From Candidatus Dormiibacterota bacterium (GTDB lineage Bacteria; Chloroflexota; Dormibacteria; Aeolococcales; Aeolococcaceae): a stretch of DNA of 64,000 nucleotides. Where the stretch lies: positions 697,342-761,341 of the forward strand of contig CAVUQX010000005.1 in assembly GCA_963743835.1 (NCBI GenBank). Reading direction: 5' to 3'. Made by a program: the position numbers and the translations under genes. The stretch's first letter is position 1; each line of letters opens with the position of its first letter. Shown one piece after another: positions 57,138 through 64,000 of the stretch. The notes under the pieces were generated by a model, which did not search any database, had not been told where the DNA came from, and worked only from the letters and a program-made list of their open reading frames with translations.

Positions 57138-57791
57138 CTACAACGGCCCAGAGGGAGAGATCATGACCTGCTCGCCTGCCTGGATTCCCGACACAATCTG
57201 CGTAAGACTATTGCCGACCAATCCTATGCTGACTGGTGTCGCGTATGCCTGCCCGTTTGACCAAACATCGACCTGGGTCTGGTTGTTCGGTCCGGTGAAC
57301 AACACAACTGACGGAACTGCGAGCACGTTGTTCGCAAAGGCAACCGTCACGTTGACCGATCCCGTTTGACCGCTTCGCAGCCGGGGGTCAGTCGTACCAA
57401 GTTGAATCTCGGCATAGTATTCGGAAACGCCGCCGACTTGAGTGGCGCTGGTCTCGATCGAGGCGACCTTCGCCGGAAACGCCGACCCGGGTATCGCGTC
57501 GACGCTGACCGTTGCCGCCTGGCCCGAAGCCAGCAGCACATCCTCGTTTTGGCTGAACGGGGCCCGGAGAACGAAGGTCTTGCCGTTCCCGACTTGCAGC
57601 ACGCCCGAGGCACTGGCGATTACGGGGAAGCTGCGATGCTCGGCAGTCGCGAGCGGTCGCGACCCTTGTCTCACGACATGGTCAACCACCGTAGATGACG
57701 TAGTGGCGAATACGAACACGAGTCCGAAAACCGCTGCCCCGATCAGAAGCCGCCGGCGGACCGCCGTTGCTTCTGCGTCCACTGCGCTCAT
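57138..57791 (-). CDS. short HlyD/efflux periplasmic-adaptor-like protein
   Basis: N-terminal TM anchor. Barrel-sandwich/beta-barrel motifs ASGQAATVSVDAIPGSAFPAKVASIE and LRSGQTGSVNVTVAFANNVLAVPSVVL. No coiled-coil hairpin. Confidence 0.55.
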   Translation of the reverse strand: MSAVDAEATAVRRRLLIGAAVFGLVFVFATTSSTVVDHVVRQGSRPLATAEHRSFPVIASASGVLQVGNGKTFVLRAPFSQNEDVLLASGQAATVSVDAIPGSAFPAKVASIETSATQVGGVSEYYAEIQLGTTDPRLRSGQTGSVNVTVAFANNVLAVPSVVLFTGPNNQTQVDVWSNGQAYATPVSIGLVGNSLTQIVSGIQAGEQVMISPSGPL

Positions 57792-57994
57792 CTCCCTGTC
57801 TCCTGCGGGTCAACCCTTATTGCTAACTCTACGACGTCCGGTCAGGGGATGAGCTAGGGACATCCGCCGCACTCATGACAGGCACGCCCGACGAACCGTT
57901 GTCGGGTACCAGACCGATCCGCCATCGGTGGTGACGCCGCGCACGTTCAAGAGATGGCGATTGGCTCGTATGACATGCCCTTGTCGCGGAGCTA

Positions 57995-58225
57995 CTAAAT
58001 GCGCCGTCTAGTAGCGGGCTTCATGATCACCGGCCTGCCGAGAACCTTCCCCTGCCTCTGCGCCTCAGCCGGCGCGGTCTTGGTCCGCTCGCTAATGAGG
58101 CGACGCTCCAAGGTGGCGAAGGCCATCGCCATCGTTGCCATGGCCTCACGTGCGGCGTCTTCTTGTCCATGGAGATGTCGAGCACGTTGATCGCCCATCC
58201 CTGCCTTCGTGCGCTATGGAGGTAG
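57995..58225 (-). pseudogene. serine recombinase (resolvase/invertase) remnant, frameshifted and lacking the catalytic N-terminus
   Basis: RRQGWAINVLDISMDKKTP (frame of ORF 58027..58302) followed by EAMATMAMAFATLERRLISERTKTAPAEAQRQGKVLGRP (ORF 57995..58198). Aligns to the ...iDt.tp.G..m..m..fAefEr.lI.ERt..G...A...Gk..GRP core. Confidence 0.6.
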
Positions 58226-58315
58226 CTTGGCAGACAGTGGTACCCAATGGGGTACGCCAGAGGCGCGAGGTGACGATCCTGGGGCGAAACCCCTTGTGCC
58301 ATATGGGGTTTGGCA

Positions 58316-58387
58316 AGCCGACGGGGAGATTCGAACTCCCGGCCAATGGTTTACGAAACCATTGCTCTACCACTGAGCTACGTCGGC
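58316..58387 (-). tRNA. tRNA-Thr (anticodon CGU)
   Basis: Manual cloverleaf: acceptor GCCGACG/CGTCGGC, D-arm GCTC-AGTGGTA-GAGC, anticodon arm ATGGT-TTCGTAA-ACCAT, T-arm GGGAG-TTCGAAT-CTCCC, discriminator U. CCA is not encoded. Confidence 0.85.
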
Positions 58388-58545
58388 GTGTATTGAAGGG
58401 TGGCGGGCTTTCGTTGCCCGACGAACCCGCTGGCGCACGAGGGGCCCGATCCGCGGAACCCCGGCCAGGCCCTCGCAATGGTACCCCGGGGAAGCTGTCA
58501 GGCCGTGTCGCACAAGCGCTGGCCCGGCGAATGACGATCTCGCGA

Positions 58546-60459
58546 TTAGGACGCCGCGGGAGTGTTTTTGACCACGATCGGGAGGGGTAGTTCCGGCGAT
58601 GGACGTGAGCGTCCTCGTGTGGTGCCGGAGCCAACTGTCGGTATCGCTGTGGCTCGCCTGACGCAGTTCCGCCCCGCCGCCTTGGCTGCGTACAGGGCCC
58701 GATCTGCCGCGGCGACCAGGGTCTTGGCGTCGAATGCGTCGCTCGGGAGGGCGGCGACGCCAAGGGACGCGGTCACCGTTGCGGCGCCCTGGTTGCCGGC
58801 GAAGCGGGTCGCAATCTCCACGCGAAGCCGCTCGGCGACGATCGCGGCGGCCTCCGCATCCGTTTCCCGAAGGAGCACGCAGAATTCCTCACCTCCGTAT
58901 CGGTACGCTGTGTCCGTCTCGCGCAGCGTGCTGCTGAAGGCGCTGCCGAATTCGGACAGGATCTCGTCGCCCGCCTGATGACCATGGACGTCATTGACCA
59001 TCTTGAAGTGGTCGACGTCGAGCATGATGCAGGCGATCGGACGGTTGTATCGCAGGCTTCTCGCGACCTCGACGTCGAGGTCCAGCTCCAGCCGGCGTCG
59101 ATTGGGCAGGTGCGTCAGCGCGTCGGTGTGGCTCAACTCGTCGGCGCTCTGGTGGAAGCGCGCCGCCTCAAGTGCGGTGGCTGCCTGCCCAGCCAGGCTG
59201 TGCATCACGTCGACGCTGCTCTCGTCCAGAGCGGCCGGCTCCGCGGACATAAGCTCAAGGACGCCGACGATTCGCGCACCGACGATCATTGGCACCGCAA
59301 GCGCGGCGATGCTCGTTCCGACGCGATACTCGGTGGCCAGTGCGCCGGTCGTCAGGGTAGCCAGCATGCGACCGAATTGCCCGGCTCTCCCTACGAGACC
59401 CTCTCCCAGCTGCACTGCGACAGCGAGGCTTACGTGATCGCGGTCGATTTCGGTGTCGTGCACCACGTTGAGCTCGCGCCCGTCAGCGTTGATGATCCAC
59501 ATCCGGGCGGCGCTGAAGCCGCTGATCGAGAGCGCTGCTTTCGCCACCGCTTCTGCAACATAGCGGAGGCTCAGGCTGCCCGAGATCTCCCGGCCGACGT
59601 TGACGATGAGCCCGAGTCGATCAGCCTGCAGGCGCGCCTCCACTTCAAGACCGGCGATGCGAGATCGTTCTTCCGCAAGCGTCAAGGTCATCCGTCCGAG
59701 CTCGTCGGCGACCTCGCGAAGTTCAAGAGGACCGACACCGGCCGGCCGAGCCGACAGGTCGCCGGAGCTGACCCTTCTCATGGTCAAAAGCAGGTCGTTG
59801 ATGGGCATAACGATCGAGGCTCGCAGCGCTCGGTGCTGCCGGCGAGCGACGACGACGGTGAACACGAGCATACCGACGGATACGGCGAGCGCGATGAGCA
59901 CCACGTCGTGTTCGGCTTTCTGCTCGCCCGCGACGTCGGAGTTGACCTGGGCTGTCAGGGCGTTGTCCGCCTCCCGGTAGCCGTTGAAGAGCGCGTTGCC
60001 ACTCAGGAGAAAGCTCTCGCGCTGAGCCGCCCCGGTGACGGCTCGCTCGATGGCCAGCGCCGGCGTCGCCCACTCGCTCAGCCAGCGCTGCTGTTCGACG
60101 CGCAGGGTTATGACCTCCGCGACGAGATCAGGCCGCGTCGCGAGGCTGATCGACTCGGCATCTCCTGCGGCGATCTCCGCCTGGCCCGCGTAGTAGGGGG
60201 CCAGGAACGTTTGATCGCCGCTATCCAGGTATCCGCGCAGCCCGGTCTCCTCATCGAGCATGCCGTTGTGCACCTCGTCGACCGCATCGCTCCCGCTGAT
60301 CAGTGCGTTGACCGCCGGCTCGAAGTGTCCAAGAATCGCGGCAAAGCAGGCGCCCGTAGCCAGGAGGGTAGCGATGATCAGAACCGCTATCGCGATAAAG
60401 GCTCGCGCCAACCGTTGCGTGAGGCGCCGATCTGAGCCTGCCCGTGCCCTGGCCTGCAT
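58546..60459 (-). CDS. CHASE3-HAMP-GAF-GGDEF diguanylate cyclase
   Basis: CHASE3 (DEETGLRGYLDSGDQTFLAPYYAG), TM, HAMP (VSSGDLSARPA), GAF, GGDEF (YRYGGEEFCVLL, RSLRYNRP I-site-like). Confidence 0.8.
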   Translation of the reverse strand: MQARARAGSDRRLTQRLARAFIAIAVLIIATLLATGACFAAILGHFEPAVNALISGSDAVDEVHNGMLDEETGLRGYLDSGDQTFLAPYYAGQAEIAAGDAESISLATRPDLVAEVITLRVEQQRWLSEWATPALAIERAVTGAAQRESFLLSGNALFNGYREADNALTAQVNSDVAGEQKAEHDVVLIALAVSVGMLVFTVVVARRQHRALRASIVMPINDLLLTMRRVSSGDLSARPAGVGPLELREVADELGRMTLTLAEERSRIAGLEVEARLQADRLGLIVNVGREISGSLSLRYVAEAVAKAALSISGFSAARMWIINADGRELNVVHDTEIDRDHVSLAVAVQLGEGLVGRAGQFGRMLATLTTGALATEYRVGTSIAALAVPMIVGARIVGVLELMSAEPAALDESSVDVMHSLAGQAATALEAARFHQSADELSHTDALTHLPNRRRLELDLDVEVARSLRYNRPIACIMLDVDHFKMVNDVHGHQAGDEILSEFGSAFSSTLRETDTAYRYGGEEFCVLLRETDAEAAAIVAERLRVEIATRFAGNQGAATVTASLGVAALPSDAFDAKTLVAAADRALYAAKAAGRNCVRRATAIPTVGSGTTRGRSRPSPELPLPIVVKNTPAAS

Positions 60460-60595
60460 GCGCGGAGCGTGCTCGCATGCCGCGTTTGGAACCGGTATCG
60501 CGCTACTCCGTCACCACCTTGGTCATCCTGCTACGGGCGCCCGTCACGGCGAGGGCGCCAATAGAGGCACCGGGACGCCGCAGCCGGCGCCAGAT

Positions 60596-61732
60596 CTACG
60601 ACTGCGCAGACCCAAAACCGACCAAGGGCCCTCGCAACCAGTGCGCCGGACGATCCAGAAAGCGGCTAATGGCGGCCACCTCGCGGCCGATAGCCGCATC
60701 CGCCCCGCGGCCGATCCGATCGAAGGGCATGATCGTGATCTCGATCTCGCGCGCGGTCCGCTCCAGCCGCCATCCTCCGGCGATCCAGCCGTCGACGCAG
60801 ATCACCGGACGGATCCAGCCGCCGCCTCCATCGTGGATCCAGGCCTCGGCTTCGGCGCCACCGAGGTGCTCGCGGCGGCGGTACCCGAGCAAGTACGTGT
60901 CGAAATGGCCGAGCAGGCGGATATCCGGACGGGCGATACCACCAACGTCGGCGGCACCGAGCGTCCAGAGACCCCGGATCGACCCTGGGAACTCGACCAG
61001 CTCTGGGACGATCGCCGCCATTGCCGCACGTATCATCGGTTGCCGGAGGCCCGACCAGGCAGCGAAATCGGCAGCGCCGGCGGGGCCGTAGGCGGCGAAA
61101 TAGCGCCGCGCCAGCTCAGCGAGGGCGGCGCCGCCGCTCGGGCCACGCGACGACCTGGGCACCCAGTCGTCGAGAAGCACGAAGCTGTCGTCACGACCCA
61201 TGCGAGGACCGGAGCAGATCACGCCCAGGGCCGCGGCGTGATACAGCAGGTGGACCAGCGACTGTCCGACGGGCTCCTCGAGCACCCCGGCGACGACCAT
61301 CCGCTCGCGGATCTGCCGCCTCGCCATCGGACCGTCCGCGAGCGCCGTCCGCAGCACCTGCACCCCGCGCTCACAGGTGGCGTCGTCGAGACCGAGGGAT
61401 CTCCGTCGACTCGCACCGAACTGGAGGAGCGCAGAGCCGAAGACGTCCACGAGCCAGCGCACATCCTCCGCGGCGCAGAGGTGCAACGTGCCGCGCATCA
61501 ACCAGGTGCGCACGACCGAGCGCTCCTCCTCGAACGCGTGATCCACCGCGGCGGCTGTGAGCCCAACGCTGCGGACGCGTACCTGGTGACGAGCCGCATC
61601 GAAGGCCTGCGCCTGCAGCGCACAGAGCGCGCGCGTGACCGCGGCGACGTCGCCGTTGAGCCGTGTGTCGTCGGTGAGGCGCTGTGATCGCAATCGCGAC
61701 AGGCGCAGGTGCAGCAGCGCGGGGTCGGGCAT
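60596..61732 (-). CDS. winged-helix YcaQ/AlkZ-family protein (putative DNA glycosylase)
   Basis: SVVRTWLMRGTLHLCAAEDVRWL, LARRYFAAYGPAGAADFAAWSGL, WIAGGWRLER. Confidence 0.7.
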   Translation of the reverse strand: MPDPALLHLRLSRLRSQRLTDDTRLNGDVAAVTRALCALQAQAFDAARHQVRVRSVGLTAAAVDHAFEEERSVVRTWLMRGTLHLCAAEDVRWLVDVFGSALLQFGASRRRSLGLDDATCERGVQVLRTALADGPMARRQIRERMVVAGVLEEPVGQSLVHLLYHAAALGVICSGPRMGRDDSFVLLDDWVPRSSRGPSGGAALAELARRYFAAYGPAGAADFAAWSGLRQPMIRAAMAAIVPELVEFPGSIRGLWTLGAADVGGIARPDIRLLGHFDTYLLGYRRREHLGGAEAEAWIHDGGGGWIRPVICVDGWIAGGWRLERTAREIEITIMPFDRIGRGADAAIGREVAAISRFLDRPAHWLRGPLVGFGSAQS

Positions 61733-61756
61733 CGTCGCGATCTTAGGATCGGGCGA

Positions 61757-62987
61757 TCAGAAGAAGTCGGGCATCCAGGGCAGGCCGCCGGCGACGAGGC
61801 CGTCCATCTCGACCACCGCGTCTGCTCCGCCCTCGAGCAGGCCGAGCCGGACGGCGTCCTGGGCGCGCAGCGCAGTTGAGTACCACGCCGAGAGTGCACC
61901 GGTGCCGCACCGAATCGCACCGCTCCCGCCCGGGGTGACTCGCGCCGACCCTGCACTCGACCTCGACCACCATTCGTTCGACGCCGGTGACCGGGTCGGT
62001 CACCTCCAGCTCCACGCGCCCCGCGGCGCGAGCGGGCCAGCCCCGCGCGGTCATCGCGGCCTCGACGTCGACGATGCGCTGCATCCAGCAGAGAAAGCCC
62101 TGGACCTCGAGGTTGCGATGCGGTTCCGACAGCAGCCACAGCAGCGGTGACACATCGACCAACGCGGAGTGGACGAACACCACGTCGCTGCTCTGCGATT
62201 CCTGGCCGCCCAGGAAGCCGAGCAGGCCACGCGTGGCGTCGACAGTGGTGGCGATGAACTCCTGCACCCGCAGGCGAATCCAGCTCCCCGGCTGACGCTC
62301 GAACTCGTAGCGCACGTAGCCGGTGAGCGCGTCGCCCTCATACCAGCCGTATTCGAACCGCGGTGTCTGACCGTCGCCCGGGTCCCATTCCACGGAGAGG
62401 AACCAGTCGGGACGGTCGAGAGGGCCGTCCCAGTGGACGAGGTGTGATCTGCGCAACGCTTCAACAGCAGCGCGGTCCGGTCTGGGCCGGATGCTCCCGG
62501 AGCCCGAAAAGCCAGTCAGTGCAGCGGTCTGAACGATCTGCCGGAGCGTCTGTGAACACACCTCCCAGCCCCAGCGGCGGTAGAGGCGGACGGTTGCCCC
62601 GTGCAAGGGCGCGACCCCGGCCCCGCGCTCGCGGGCGAAGGCGATGCAGTCGCGCATCAGCGCTCCCGCGACGCCCCGGCGTCGCCATGCGGGATGCACC
62701 GCGACGGCAGTGACCCCCTGCGCCGGCACCGATCTGCCCCCGAAGAACTGACCCATGGGCAGGAGCATGTAGCCGCCGACGATCTCTCCGCCCACATGGG
62801 CCAGGCGGAGCGGGGCGTGCGGTACCGCTGCGTCGAGCCAGCGCATGTTGGCCGCGGCGTTCCCCGCAAATGACTCTGCGTCCACCTCGGCAAAGCGTCG
62901 ACGCTCGGCATCACCCTGCGCGTCTCGGATCTCGATCTCGGTGTGCCCCGGTTCCATGAGCGCCCGAGTGTACTCGCGGGTCCTCAC
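61757..62987 (-). pseudogene. Eis-like GNAT acetyltransferase with SCP2-like C-terminus, frame broken near 61950-61958
   Basis: GNAT core GVTAVAVHPAWRRRGVAGALM. The ORF-track C-terminus is Arg-rich nonsense. The next frame gives AGSARVTPGGSGAIRCGTGALSAWYSTALRAQDAVRLGLLEGGADAVVEMDGLVAGGLPWMPDFF* (stop 61757-61759). Length is 3n+1. Confidence 0.75.
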
Positions 62988-63034
62988 GGCATCTGCGTTT
63001 GGGCGGGGCGCGGAGTCGGGATACCCTTGGAGTC

Positions 63035-64000
63035 ATGGACGAGCTCGCCGCCCCGTTCGCGCCTGATCCAGGCCGCCTCGACGCGTACGACCACGCGACG
63101 GTCGAAGCACGCTGGCGCCGGATCTGGGATGAGCGCGGCGACTACCGCACCCAGCTCGACGATCCCGACCGGCCCTTCTACAACCTCATGATGTTCCCGT
63201 ACCCTTCGGCCGAGGGGCTGCACGTCGGGCACATCATCCCGTTCGCGGGGGGCGACATCTACGGCCGCTGGCGGCGCCTCATGGGCGACACGGTCTTCGA
63301 GCCGATGGGGTTCGATGCCTTCGGCATCCACTCCGAGAACTACGCGATGAAGATCGGGGAGCATCCCGCCGTGGTCATGCGTCGTGCAGTCCAGAACTTC
63401 CGCGAGAACCAGCTTTCACGGATCGGCTCGATGTTCGACTGGAGTCATCAGGTCAACACCGCCGACCCCGCGTACTACCGCTGGACCCAATGGCTGTTCG
63501 TCCGCCTTTTCAACGCGGGGCTCGCGGAATGGCGCGAGGGCGCGGTCAACTGGTGTCCGTCCTGCCTCACCGTGCTCGCCGATGAGCAGGTGGAGCAGGG
63601 CCGGTGCGAGCGCTGCCACACGATCGTGCAGACCCGATACCTCCGCCAGTGGTGGATCAAGATCACGCGCTACGCGCAGCAGCTGCTCGACGCGCTCGAC
63701 ACGCTCGACTGGTCGGAGTCGACCAAGACGATGCAGCGCAACTGGATCGGGCGCAGCGAGGGCGCGACCATCCTGTTCGACCTCGACGGCTGCAGGCGCA
63801 AGGACGTCACCGTGTACACCACGCGTCCGGACACGCTGTTCGGCGCCACCTTCCTGGTCATCGGCGCCGATCACCCGGAGCTGGAGGACTTCGTGCCCCC
63901 GGAGCGCATGGGCGAGGTCAACGCGTGGCGGAACAAGTTCCCGCCGACCGTGGGCGAACCCGACTTCTCGATCGGGATGGAGCTCGGCTCCTCCGCGATC
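63035..64000 (+). CDS. leuS: leucyl-tRNA synthetase, N-terminal part (3' end outside window)
   Basis: GGAG then ATG 63035; the frame is open to the window end. FYNLMMFPYPSAEGLHVGH (HIGH motif), WCPSCLTVLADEQV, RNWIGRSEG. Confidence 0.9.
   Translation, partial: MDELAAPFAPDPGRLDAYDHATVEARWRRIWDERGDYRTQLDDPDRPFYNLMMFPYPSAEGLHVGHIIPFAGGDIYGRWRRLMGDTVFEPMGFDAFGIHSENYAMKIGEHPAVVMRRAVQNFRENQLSRIGSMFDWSHQVNTADPAYYRWTQWLFVRLFNAGLAEWREGAVNWCPSCLTVLADEQVEQGRCERCHTIVQTRYLRQWWIKITRYAQQLLDALDTLDWSESTKTMQRNWIGRSEGATILFDLDGCRRKDVTVYTTRPDTLFGATFLVIGADHPELEDFVPPERMGEVNAWRNKFPPTVGEPDFSIGMELGSSAI

Larger units (their letters stand above)
51950..58315. mobile_element. decayed lower-GC genomic island adjoining the 3' end of tRNA-Thr
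   Basis: Visibly lower G+C than the flanks. Contains a recombinase remnant next to the tRNA, two further gene remnants and about 1.3 kb without a convincing ORF. The left boundary is approximate. Confidence 0.4.

Noticed and set aside
58146-58763. 205-aa minus-strand ORF spanning the tRNA
   Set aside because: It overlaps tRNA-Thr and an intergenic region, and its sequence is Arg/Pro-rich nonsense.

Overview
High-GC (about 70% by eye) actinobacterial-type chromosomal DNA, densely coding on both strands. All family calls come from motif recognition in the translated ORFs; no database search was possible.

**1-12 kb.** 3' part of kynureninase, DedA, an EamA exporter with a divergent MocR regulator, two methyltransferases, a group-II PLP decarboxylase with an unknown 383-aa partner, a CBS-citrate synthase fusion, and an orphan Flp pilin.

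**12-37 kb.** One contiguous molybdenum/copper block:
- Moco biosynthesis: mobA, fdhD, moaB/mog, moaC, fused moaD-moaE, moaA, moeA.
- A form-I aerobic CO dehydrogenase operon, coxM-coxS-coxL. CoxL carries VAYRCSFR.
- An XdhC-YHS fusion and a MocA-like cytidylyltransferase directly after coxL.
- A second XdhC plus a molybdopterin-binding protein.
- coxG, coxE and coxD.
- modABC with a MerR-HTH/TOBE regulator.
- SCO1, a YcnI-like protein and a CopC-CopD copper protein.

**37-51 kb.** Hydrolase, VOC protein, ChrA, a GntR regulator with a Liv-type ABC importer and an FAH enzyme, TauE, a GGDEF-EAL protein, and an ECF41 sigma factor with its NmrA-like partner.

**52-58.3 kb.** A lower-GC, decayed island that abuts tRNA-Thr(CGU) and contains a serine-recombinase remnant.

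**Right end.** A CHASE3-GAF-GGDEF sensor, an AlkZ-like protein, an Eis-like GNAT and the 5' part of leuS.

**Most notable observations.**
- The self-contained Mo/Cu/CODH supercluster and its unusual accessory fusions.
- A 137-nt near-perfect palindrome that folds as a three-way junction, located in the divergent gap between the second xdhC operon and coxG.
- Five otherwise intact genes each interrupted by what looks like a single extra base. This points to sequence error or very recent decay.
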